From Lingula anatina (lineage: Eukaryota > Animalia > Brachiopoda): 64,000 nt of DNA. Each line of letters opens with the position of its first letter. Positions within the stretch are counted from its first letter, which is position 1. The DNA lies in NCBI GenBank assembly GCA_051362555.1, contig CM120640.1:11904001-11968000 (forward strand), in the 5' to 3' direction. A program made the translations under genes and the position numbers. Below the pieces are notes generated by a model. That model did not search any database. It was given only the letters and a program-made list of their open reading frames with translations, and was not told the DNA's origin. Positions 28,188 through 58,800 of this stretch are shown one piece after another.

Positions 28188-29725
28188 ATACTGTCACAAT
28201 TTAAAATTAAAAATCTATGCAATATCAGGTATTATTGTATAATAATATAAAATACATTGTTATATCAGAGGATTCCAGGTCTGATAAAAATCATTACGAC
28301 TGCTGATGTCATCACCATCACCAAATGACGGTGACATAATACGTGGTGTATGACCAATTACAGTAAAGGAAATATATTATTAATCAGACAGCTGACTAAT
28401 CTGAGTATAGAAAAACATATCAATCAGACAAAATCAATATGCTGGATAACAGCAAAACTTTTTTTTGTTATCCAGGCGGACATTGACATTTATGTTTTTG
28501 ATTATGTAATAGAATAATTATTAATTTCACTTTTTGTGAAAATGTTGTTTTGAGATAAATCTTGGCTGTGCCTTGAGATCAACCAATAGCACTTTGCTGC
28601 AAAAGACCATATTAACTTCAGCCAAAGTCAATAATGAAATAGGATCAAACTAGATGATAACAAGATCAATATTATTTTTAAATCAGTATTTTTATGAATG
28701 TTTATATTTCAATCAAGCACAAAAACATTAAAATAAGATCTGAGGCATGCAGTGCTTGCTACATGTATCTTGTTTGTGTATGATTACTTTCAATTTCATA
28801 ACAGAAAACTGAGTATTTTATAGCCTTGACATTACAGTAAACTATTGGAACTGTGATTGCAAATTTGTTGATCAATTTGTATGTGCTGGCACTGTTTATC
28901 GTCTATCCAATGTCTTAAAATATAATCTTTTCCCGTTTTGTTAATAGATTAAAGAAAAGTCATGTGTACTTATATTACAAGGTATTCAAAAATGCAAAGG
29001 TGACAATTTTTTATTTTGATCAATGCAAAAATGTTTCGGACTTAAAGTTTGTAAATAAACGTGATTGTAGTATTTGTTTTTAGTTGTAACTGGATTTTGC
29101 ACAATGACGATGTTGCTGAAGTTGAATGTCTGTATGCATGCATGAGTTTCATTGTCTTTTCATACTGTTTGTGCTAACTTCCAGGCTCTTATACACCCCT
29201 GTGAATACTTTATTATACTATTCCCTCTGTAAACATTTCACAAGACAACTACATTGATAAAATAATATCCTGTATTTGAATTTTATCATATGCACACACT
29301 CACTTGTCATGATTTGAAAAACTAAAAAAAAAAGTTTGGCACTGCTCTTGATATCCAGTTGCCTGTTATATCATAACTTATTAGATCACTATAACAGATG
29401 AAAATTTTTGTGGATTAAAAATTCATACAATATACAATACATGCATTAGCTCACTTGACTCGGGGTTAAACACGATCGACTGACAGTTGGAAAGTTAAAA
29501 GAATGTATAAGTACCTAAGGGAAATTTTTGGTTTGAAAATTAAATACATGTAGCGATTTTCAACATACTGCTTTCTCTACTTCTACGTTTACATGCACCT
29601 TCAATCCCGATCCATTGTGTTAGTTGGGAGTGAACGAGTTTATACACGTTGGTCGTCATGACCTAAATTCGCCAATCACATTGTGACACCTGCAGTAGTG
29701 CGGTAGTGTCATCTTGTGTGCCATC

Positions 29726-47105
<17,380 letters not shown>

Positions 47106-49801
47106 ATTATTTGAAGTGCAGGAACAGGGCTACCCAAGGGAGTGCTTCAGAAATAAGGTGATTCTTGCGCAAACCCACCTTACGTAGCTGATAGGGAAAA
47201 CAGGAGCAAAAGCTGATGCAGTTATGTATGAATATGTACTATTTGGATCAAATGTGCGATATGAATATGCAAAATATTACTCTCTTCCAAATTGAGTCCA
47301 GAAAATGTTCTATTCACCTGAACAGGCTGTGATGTGTTATCAAATGTTGGTTACTTGGATTTATTTCACATCTGTCTACATGCAGTAATTTTTATTGGTG
47401 ACATTTTGCTTTACAACATGTTATTTTTCAACTGAAATTTTAATGACTTCAATATTATCTAATATTGATGTATTTAAGACCAATTAAGCATTGAAATATT
47501 TCTTATTTCATTTGGTCATGTTTATATAAGTCCAGTCATTGTAATTTTACAAGAAATGTTTTTTTCATTCATGAATATTAATCACAGTTCAGGTATATAT
47601 AACTATAAATATGTCACCTTTAACAAAAGATATGGGACTTTCCATTTATCTTTCTGTAGTCAGTGCATAATTGAATTTATGCTCGTGTTTTCTTCCCAAA
47701 GAGAGTGTAATATTTGCTTTGAAGCATGGATCATTTAATGATTGCAAGTTGTTTTTGTCCATTAAGTTGTTCCTTATAGGAAAAGGACCAAAATTTTCCA
47801 GGTATTTATGAGTGCAAGTGGACGAAGTGTATAAAACTGGTGTTATATTGCAGTCTGCAGGAGTATTAGAACTAAGAGAAAACTTGTGCAAAATATTAGG
47901 AAAGTATGTAATATAAGTAGCATGTTTTGTTTATGCAAAAGAGTTGTTAAAGTATAGAAATTGGTTGTGTTGTTTTCTTTGGTTTAAAAGCCGAGAATAA
48001 AAAAAACATTGTGTTTGGTTTAACTTATTTATGATGTCTTACTATGAGTGGTCTGATTGTAGATAGTATTTCTCATAGGGCACCAGATGGTTTTGTTTTA
48101 AGTAAAAGAATTTTAGACTTTTGTTTTGGTCAGTATGTTATTTTGTTCTGCTACCTAGTTGATATCACTTTTCTGAGGTAGGCCAAACAGCATATTGACA
48201 TTGACCAAAGTTTATAATGTATATCATTCTTCTAAAACTACAAGAAAGAAAGGATAAGATGTGTAAGGATAATGTGTAGTTAAGTTGATAAATTATCTGA
48301 AATGAGAGCCTTTGTTTCATAAGCTCACATATATAAATATAGTTTTATAAGTTACATGTATAAACAGAAGTTGTGACATAATAAGTATAAACTTATTAGT
48401 TACATAAAATGGTGCCAGTGTTTGATTTTCACCATCATGGCAGTTTGAAGTGTAGTTCAGTTTGAAATCTTAAGCAATCATGAATGTGTTTTGGTTAAGT
48501 ATGAAGTTCTTTGCAAAAAGTTTGTAAAAAGGTCAATCTCAAGTTATAATTTGACTACATGTGGCAGTTGTTTGCTTGCCTACAGTACTTGTCATTTTGT
48601 CTTCTTGAAGTTGAATATACAGATAGATATACAAAAAAAACTAGGAAGTCATTGGATGGACAGTAAAGTATTACTATTTTGAAAAGAAGAGTCAAGCTAT
48701 TAGTAATAGCATGGTGCAACAGATTTAAAGCAGCTGCATTCATCGTCAGTGTTTCAGCATTTGGAATTGTACTTGTGTGCAGTTTGGTGCCTGCTCAAGT
48801 ATTATTTTATCATGGCAATATGTAAATATGAAGTTTGTAGCATGTACTGTAGACAAAAGCAGTATTGGAATTTGAAACTTTAATGGACAAAATTTCTGGC
48901 ATTAAGATACAGAGATATGTACGACATCAATGTTTTGGAGAAACTTATGTCTGGTATATCGGTTGTTCCTTTGTGAAGTTGATTTTTAAGACAGTTTGGG
49001 TTTTAGTGCAATGTATATTGATTTTGTGATTAAAAGAATGAATTGTAGTTTTTCTGAATTAGAGAATTATATGGCAAAGAATTGAAAAATGAAATAAATT
49101 CTGTTCATTTAATGTGTGCTCCATAAGAATACTTCACAAACTGTAACTGCCTGGTCAAATTCATGTTCAGTCATAAATTGTAAATATGTCATATTATCAG
49201 TTGACCTGGTAATCAAAGACCTGTTATATTGATGATATTTTATGTTAATAAATGGATTTCAGAATGATAATTTTTCATTATTTGAACATCTTGCATGAAA
49301 AAAAACTTAAGTAATTGGTTAATTTTTTCTACTGAAAAGGCAAGTATATCAAAATGTTTTTTATTTCTTATACTTATCACTCACCAAATTTGGCATTCAG
49401 CAGTATGTAAATAATCCATATGCCTGGAAGTAGAAAAAATATATTAATGATGGTATGAATATAATGGCTATGGGTACTTTCTTTATTTCATTTTATAAAT
49501 ATACTTTTTTGGGAGGGAGGGGGAGACTGATCAGTTTTTTCAAGGGCAAACCACAGTACAAAGACTCATTGTGGTAGCTGTGAAAGTGAGAATTTTACTA
49601 GAGGTGGGACGTCATGTGGTTATTTGGTCCAATAAAAAGTCGACCTTGATCTTGTCCGTAGATCTACCGCTGAGGATGAACGACAACGATGAGCAATGAG
49701 GAATGTGGGGCAAAATCTTCTGTTCGTGAGACACAATAATGTCGTTGTGATTGAGAAAGGGAAGATTGCACAATTTTTAAAAAGGCACGGCGGACTTTGC
49801 T

Positions 49802-52800
49802 ATGTCGTGTAAGTTATTCGTGGAGTTTTTGTATAATTTAATTCTGTGATCAACAACACGTACTCTGAGCCTCAAACTCGAAGGTGGTGGGGGGGGGGGG
49901 GGGGTCGAAAAATTGTGAATTTTACAGATACTGTATTTTTTAAGTCATAATTTCCTAAAATAAGAGCATTCCTATTGAGTGGTTACAACAAATTTTCAAA
50001 GCACACTACCTTGTAGTTCTAATCTATGTATTAAAAGTACCACAAATGTTATAAAAATGATGTATCTGATAATTTTTGGTCATTGAAAAGATCGAGTCAT
50101 TACCGTATGTTGTGACAGGATGGTAGCTGACAGTGGTGGAAATTTTCAAAGACCAAGAGATTCATTCTGTATCTGGGAGACTCACGGATTATCCGAGAGA
50201 GTTGACATGTATGCCTTCACACACACACACACACACACACACACTACCAGTTCATAACTAGTTTTCTTATATTCTGCAGTTAACCTAAGGACGAACTTAG
50301 TAATGGACGTGGAAGGCATCCCATTACCTGGAGCCAAGGGGTTAGTATTGAAGATGTTTTTGGTTATTTGAACAACAGTATGACTGTTTTATTCTGCCAG
50401 TTGATGCACAAAACCTTATAGGATAAAGATATGCAGGTACATTTACAGCCAGGTAACAGTCTGATAAAGATAAACTCACTATAAGCAGTATACTCAGTAT
50501 AATCCTGCAGTTCCAACTTCCTAGAAGTAATTCGCAGTCCCATACTGTTGTAATAGCAGTGCCTGGGAGACAAAAGTGATGGCATTTATTACCTCTGGTG
50601 AGCTTGGCTAACCGGACAGCCTATGCAGTTGATGTGCCTTTGCCAAATAGGCCTTATTTTAGATTTGCTATTGTCTCAAACCATATTCAGAATGGATAAG
50701 GATTTTTGAAGCTTTGTGTTGTAGTTATGATTTCAAACATTAAGCTTAATGCCTATAATATAAATTACACATAGAAATTTAAATAGTTTTTTTATTGAGT
50801 ACTTTCAAAAGTTTTATTACATCTTGAAATTACTTCTCAGGTCCATAGAAACCTCTGCTGTGGAAGAAATACCTTTACCCAAAAATACCAGTGCACCACA
50901 GGAATCCCACAAGCAAAAAACCAGGCCAATCAAACTGATACGTAAAAAGCTGGAGGAACTTCAACAGAAAAAGAATTCCACTTCAGTGTCCACATCAGTG
51001 GTACCAACAACCACTTCGGTTCCAACCCCGGCAGTAATGACAGAGATTTCACAGAAGCCTGCCCTCCCCATATCTGTTCATGTGAAAACTAAGTTGAATG
51101 AGGAGGCCAATACAAATGATGCAGAGGATAAAACGGAGAGCAGTAGATTGGAAAAATTGGAAAGAGAGAGACAAATGAAAGCAGAACAAGCCAAAGTTGT
51201 GGATGACTTATTCAAGGAGTTCCTGACTAAAAAAATGCTGGAGATAGAACAAGAGAAAACAAGAGACAGGGAAGGGAATAGGCAAATAGAGGAAGAGAGC
51301 AAAGATAAAAAGAAGAGTAAAAAGGGAAAACATAAACACAAAGATAAGAAAAAAGAAAGAGAATCATCAAGCGAGAAATATCAGACTAGCAAGCATGATG
51401 AGAAAGGAAAGAAAAGAAAGCACAGAGATAAAAGTGAAGATAGACCAGAAATTGACGGTCGTAGAGACAGTGGACGAAAGGAACATTACAGAAAAAGTAA
51501 AAAGAGTAAAGATTCACAAATGTCAGAAGATGATGAAAGAAACTTTTCCCATGAAGATAAAAGTAAAAAGAGCAGGACCAACGAGAATACAAAATCTGAA
51601 AGTGAATCTAGGAACTATGAGAAAGAAACAGTTCAGAGTAGAAAATCAGATGTTTTAGGGCTACATTTTTCTGAGGATGGGAAAAGGGCTCAAATAGATG
51701 ACATTACTTGTACTGTTGGTCAAAACAATGACGAGCGTTTTGTACAAGTTACACAAGATGTTTCAAAAGGAAATGAAAACATTGATATAGATCCTATGGA
51801 GCCTGTTGAAGGAGAAGAAAATTTTGTCCCACCTAACAGAGAACCCAAACAGGAAGCAGAAGAAGATCAGCAGGAGACTAAGACAGAAATACTACCTCAA
51901 GAGCCCAAGAAAAAACTTGGTATTGCTTTAAAGATCTCAGACTCTAGTTCTGCCTTCATCAAGTCTGGAGAAAAATGGATGGACGAGGAAACGAGGAAAA
52001 ATTGGGAAGAGGGTATGCCATTCCCACTCAGAATTATATATATGAAAAAGTAAACATGATGTTTATAAATTTTTAACTTCAATTTTACTTTTTTTTTTTT
52101 TTTTTTGTTATTTTGATTTGAACCAATTTCTTATCAAAAAATGAAATCATTGACTCTGTTGTATTTTTATTCCAGGTCAGCTGTCTGACTCTGAGAAGTC
52201 TGAAGAAAAATCATCCGATGATGATTTTGATTTTTTGTCAGATTCTCTTGGAGAAGCAGATTCAAACAATGACGGATCATTAGAAGAAGGAGAGATTGAT
52301 ACTGAGGGAGCAAAGTCAAAGAGCAAAAAGAAAAAGAAAAAACATAAGAAGAAAAAGAAGAAGAAAAACAAGAATAAGGAAAAAGGAAAAGAAGACAAGC
52401 CTTTATCTAGGTCTAGGTATGTTCTTTTTATTTTCAGCTGTGTTTGCAAGATAAGAATTTGTTTGAAAAATTTCGTTTCTCAAGATTCCTCATTTTATAA
52501 GTTATCTTTATTACTTCTGTACTTTTGCCTGACAAGTAGATGGTGTGTTCGGGATTAATTTTGAATGGTTTCAAATGGCAACATTACATTGCAAAATTAT
52601 TGTTAGGACCTGTCAAAATATTGCGATACTAATAAGTATACTGCAAAATATGAAAGAGCCTATATGAACTTTATCTCACCCATTTCTCTTTGTAGATCAA
52701 GAACCCCTAAAAGAGGCCGGTCACCTAGATCCAAGTCACCCTCTGGTTTTGACAGAAAGTCTGGAGTTTGGAGGTCAAGATCCCGCAGCAGAGATAAGGA

Positions 52801-55800
52801 AAGGCTAAAGAGGTCAAGGTCAAATAGTAGAGACAGGTCAAGGTCAAAAAGGTCTAGATCACACAGCAGGGATAGAGACAGGTCAAAGAGAAGCAGAGAT
52901 GATGGGAGGGGTCATAACACTGACAGGCGCCATAGGAGAAGCAGTGAAAGACAACACAAAGATGATGAGAAACTGAGGAGAGATGGTCGTGATTGGGAGA
53001 GACGTCATAGTCGAAGGTTAGTATATCAAAAACAAATGCACATGTCTCCTTGTGACTGAGAACTCAAAGCACACAATCCAAGCCAAAAAATTATTTACAA
53101 ATTTCTGTTCAAACCCTAGTGTTTTAATACATGATATATCTAAAATTATTAATTTTTTTGTGTATGCTTGTATTTTCTATTACAGTTCCTTTTAGATAAG
53201 TCAAGATTATGATTTATTTTACATTGTAAAAGAAAAAAAAATGTGCACTTTATTTTGATTTCTTTGCTTTCAGATCAAGATCTTTATCCAGAGAAAGGCG
53301 CAGGCGCTCGCGAAGTCCAGATGACTTGCGACTGACCATTGATAAAGCCAGACTGAGACAAATTGCAATGTGAATACTTTTGATATTGTAAATAAGCATC
53401 AAAATGAATGTATCATTAAATAAAATTTTATTAGACAAAACTAGCTATTTAATGAGGAAGGAAGTAACTTAAGTAGATTTTTAAATTAAAAGGAAAACTT
53501 TGTCATTTATATATTAAAGCGTACCAGACTGCTTAGATTTTTGCTTGTTTACAGACAAAATGCCATGGCAAATGCAAAATCCGGACAAGGACCTCCTGTC
53601 TCTCTAAAGCCAGAAATGCTAGCTGAACTCAGAGCTGGAGGAAAGTCAGTTGAAGAACTAACAGGTAAGGGATTATTTATAGTGACATTAAAAATTTTTT
53701 TCTTTAAATTTATAAATCCATCTTTTTTTCTTTTTTGTTACAATAGATAATTATAAACATTGCACCAGATGACATGAACAAAAAGCCCTTCTTCAAAAGG
53801 GCTCCTTTTAAGATGGAATGTGATATGCAGTGTATAGTTTTCATCAAACATTTACTTATTTATATATAATAGACATGTGCAAGCGGTTGGCCAAAAAGGC
53901 AGAGGGAGGTGGAGAAGATTTATCCAGTGATGATGAAGTTAACAACAAACCCTACGAATCTGATGAGGGAGAAGATGGACCCTTCATCAACCACCCCTTT
54001 AAAGTGGCAAAAGCTCCTATTATGATGAATATTAAGGTTTGTTACTCTCTGTTATGTCGTAATCCACTTTGAAGGTTTTACTTTTTTATTTCTTGGTAGA
54101 TAAAATATCTGCCTACCTTTTTCCATTGGGAATATGATCTGAAACTTGGCATGCCCTGCTTTCCACATGACAGTTTTAGAAAGTATGTCAGGTATGTTAT
54201 TTAATACACAAGTTTGAACCAAAGTATCCTACATTCCAGAATGCCACCCAGCTCCCTGTGTTGACCCCTGCTGAGAAAGCTGCCCAGGGTTCTGCCCTTA
54301 GACTGACTTTTCCAGTGTCCAGTGGCAGCCATCACAGGGCCAAAGAGTCTGAGTGGGTCCCTGTAGAGAAAGAAGGCATAGATCCCAACACAGGGGGTGT
54401 CACCAGGACCATTGCTATGGCTAAACAAACAGAGAAAGTCTTTGAGGAAGTGAACAAGGTTAGTTTATGCTTTACATATTATATGATGAGCAGTTGTATC
54501 TATTGCCCTGGTAAACACTTTGAGAATATGTTACAGGAAGGTCCTCAAGTTGGTTTTGGTTGTTTTGAAAATTGCTTGAAACAATATTGACTTTTACAGG
54601 GTACATAATTTTTGTATTACAGTCAATAGATGTTGGTTCTATTGTAACTGAACGCCTGCGAGCTGTGAGAAAATTGCAGGACAATCCTCATGATGTGGAA
54701 GCTCTTGGGAAGATGTTTGAAGCCAATCAACAGGTAATGGTGGACATTTCTATTGCACAATGAACACAAATTGTTGCCTTACAATTTTTTGCAAGGAGTA
54801 ATTTAGCAAACTCAAAAAATAAATCATGTACAAAAGATAATTTCATGTTATATATTATAATTGAAAATATTTGCCTATTTTTCATGAATTTTTTGGTAAT
54901 TTCATGAAAACCTAGTTGTATGTCTAATTTAACACTAATTACTTGTGAAAAAATATGCATGATAACAGCATGATATTTAGCAGTAAATGTCTGGCTGTCA
55001 ATTTTTAATTAGAATTAAAAAAACTTGTTGGTAAATTCCAGATGACACAGTGGGCCAATTCCAAGTACCTTCCAGGTGCGTTCACTGGCACAACAGGAGC
55101 TACAGTGCTCAGTCAGCAGGAGTTAACAGGTGATCCAAAAAAGCAGGCCTGGCTCAGGAAGGTATGGATATCTCCATTACTTAGTATTTGATGAGAATAT
55201 ATAAATATATACTATGCTTCTGGTGTGTGTTTATCAAAAAATATTACATCCCATTACCAGTGGCCATTATGCCATGAAATGCATATTTTGAGTTTTTTTT
55301 CTGCTGATTTCAAAATGGTTAAATCCAAAAAGGTTTATACTGAGGACTGTTTGTTTATTCAACTCTTTTTTGTGAGTTGTAAGGTTAAGACTGAGCTTTG
55401 TTGCAAGGTGAAAGGTTTTAGGGTTTGCATGTTTTAGTATAGGTTTGCATGAGTTATCTGTCAAAGTGAATTTTTTGGCAAACACACACTTGAAGTCATG
55501 AAGAGAAGCATTTCAGATGATGCAGTCCGTGTGAATGTAGTTCAAGTGATGAAGACAAGAAGACCTGACTTTCTTTCCTGTCCTGTTGTTGCATCTTGCC
55601 TACCTACAAGTGGTATGGTAGCAGTTGAGATGCAATGCTTATGAGAGTGTCTGATAAATGGGAGGCACTTGTTTCAGGACACATGCTAATTGTACCACCA
55701 GCGTTAGCGCTGGTACACATGGTTTCGGTCCCGTCCGGATCGTTCCGCCGGCTCCGCCGGCTCCGCCGGACGGCTACCGTTACCGCTTCTCCTCCTAGGC

Positions 55801-58800
55801 GGTAAGGCCCCCTGTACCCATCTCTTGGATTTAGGTCACCTATAATCTCAACTCGTTCCACGTAAAATTTGGGCTTTGTCGGTATTGGGGTCTGGGTGTG
55901 GCACTCATTGAAATGCACCCTTGTCCAAAAATGGCAAAATTAAATGCTAATTATCTACCCTACGGAAGGGGTTATGGGAAAAATTTCTACAGACGGCTTT
56001 CCAAAAGTCATATGTGTAGATTTCAAATATGCCCTTGGATTTGACCTTTGACCTTTACTTCAAGGTCAAACGGGCCAAAATTTTCAAAAAAATTAAATTT
56101 TTTACGAAAAAAAATTTTTTTGCCCTGTTATTCAGACACCACACAGACTTAACCAATAATATTATTGGAAAGTGTTACCCTTCAGGTCATCCTTCATCTC
56201 CGTGAATTTGGGGTCAATCAGTGCATTTTCACCGGAGTAGCGGCCATAAGATGGCGAAACTGAAAACTGTCTCTAATTCGGGAACCGTTAATGCTAGAGA
56301 CCCATTCTTTTTTGCATTTTGTAGAGCATGTAAAGCCCAACACTGGAGGTGGTCTCCGTTTTTTTGTATTCCGTACGGTTTTCAAGTTATGCTGTATCAG
56401 AAAGTACATATTGGTGGTGAAAGCAAAATGTGCAGTACGGTAATGGATAATAAATTTTGAACTCTGGAAAAATAAAACATAAGGCTTGGCAAAGCAGACA
56501 ACTTGTGGTCAAAAATGACATTATTTCATCAAATTTGAACTTCTGGAACTTCAGAGCACCTCCCATTTCAAGAATTTTGACCAAAATGACCTTTTCTTTA
56601 TTTTAATTAATTTTTGCTGTAGGAAATTTATGGCACATTAAGGTAATTCCAAAATTATAACATTTAGTCCCTTATATCTCCAAAACTGGCAGAGATAGGT
56701 CCATAGTTACTATTGAAGTTGAATAGGAAGTCATATACTGGCAATCTTACTGTGACCTTGAAATTGACCTTTGACCTACTTTTCACCATGAACTGAACTT
56801 TGCAAATTTTGCTTCCCTTTTATCTCCAAAACTGGCAGAGATAGGTCCATAGTTACTATTGAAGTTGAATAGGAAGTCCTATACTGGCAATCTAAGTGTG
56901 ACCTTGAAATTGACCTTTGACCTACTTTTTATCATGAACTGAACTCTGCTAATTTCTTTCTCTTTTATCTCCAAAACTGGCAGAGATAGGTCCATAGTTA
57001 CTATTGAAGTTGAATAGGAAGTCATATACTGGCAATCTAAATGTGACCTTGAAATTGACCTTTGACCTACTTTTCACCATGAATTGAACTTTGCAAATTT
57101 TGCTTCCCTTTTATCTCCAAAACTGGCAGAGATAGGTCCATAGTTACTATTGAACTTGAATATGAAGTCATATACTGACAATCTAAATGTGACCTTGAAA
57201 TTGACCTTTGACCTACTTTTCACCATGAACTGAACTTTGCAAATTTTGCTTCCCTTTTATCTCCAAAACTGGCAGAGATAAGTCCATAATTACTATTGAA
57301 CTTGAATGGGAAGTCATATACTGGCAATCTTACTGTGACCTTGAAATTGACCTTTGACCTACTTTTCATCACATGAACTTTGCAAATTTTGCTTCCCTTT
57401 TATCTCCAAAACTGGCAGAGATAGGTCCATAGTTACTATTGAGGTTGAATAGGAAGTCATATACTGGCAATCTTACTGTGACCTTGAAATTGACCTTTGA
57501 CCTACTTTTCACCATAAATTGAACTTTGCAAACTTTGCTTCCCTTTTATCTCCAAAACTGGCAGAGATAGGTCCATAGTTACTGTTGTATTGAATAGGAA
57601 GTCATACTGGCAATCTGAATGTGACCTTGAAATTGACCTTTGACCTACTTTTCACCATGAACTGAACTTTGCAAATTTTGCTTCCCTTTTATCTCCAAAA
57701 CTGGCAGAGATAGGTCCATAGTTACTATTGAACTTGAATATGAAGTCATATACTGACAATCTAAATGTGACCTTGAAATTGACCTTTGACCTACTTTTCA
57801 CCATGAACTGAACTTTGCAAATTTTGCTTCCCTTTTATCTCCAAAACTGGCAGAGATAGGTCCATAATTACTATTGAACTTGAATGGGAAGTCATATACT
57901 GGCAATCTTACTGTGACCTTGAACTTGACCTTTGACCTACTTTTCATCACATGAACTTTGCAAATTTTGCTTCCCTTTTATCTCCAAAACTGGCAGAGAT
58001 AGGACCATAGTTACTATTGAGGTTGAATAGGAAGTCATATACTGGCAATCTTACTGTGACCTTGAAATTGACCTTTGACCTACTTTTCACCATGAACTGA
58101 ACTTTGCAAATTTTGCTTCCCTTTTATCTCCAAAACTGGCAGAGATAGGTCTATAGTTACTGTTGTATTGAATAGGAAGTCATACTGGCAATCTGAATGT
58201 GACCTTGAAATTGACCTTTGACCTACTTTTCACCATGAACTGAACTTTGCAAATTTTGCTTCCCTTTTATCTCCAAATTTACGCTGTATCAAAAAGTACA
58301 TATTGGTGGTGAAAGCAAAATGTGCAGTACGGTAATGGATAATTAATTTTGAACTCCAGATAAATAAAACATAAGGCTTGGCAAAGCAGGCAACTTGTGG
58401 TCAAAAATGACATTATTTCATCAAATTAGAACATCTGGAACTTCAGAGCACCTCCCATTTCAAGAATTTTGACCAAAATGACCTTTTCTTTATTTTAATT
58501 AATTTTTTCTGTAGGAAATTTATGGCACATTATGGTAACTGCAAAATTATAACATTTAGTCCCTTATATCTCCAAAACTGGCAGAGATAGGTCCATAGTT
58601 ACTATTGAAGTTGAATAGAAAGTCATATACTGACCATTTTTATGTACAGACACAGATGTGTCTGTACATATTGCCATCACCTGCGTCTGTCGTCGCCGCC
58701 GTCGCCGATGCCGATGCCGGCGCCGTGCACTTTCCTTGTTAACACGATAAGTGGAGGGCAGTTTTACTTTTTGGCTTTATATTTACAGAGCTAATGAGTA

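Noticed and set aside
56675-58277. CRISPR-like array
   Set aside because: Units are contiguous near-identical monomers with no unique spacers, there are no cas genes, and the context is a eukaryotic intron.
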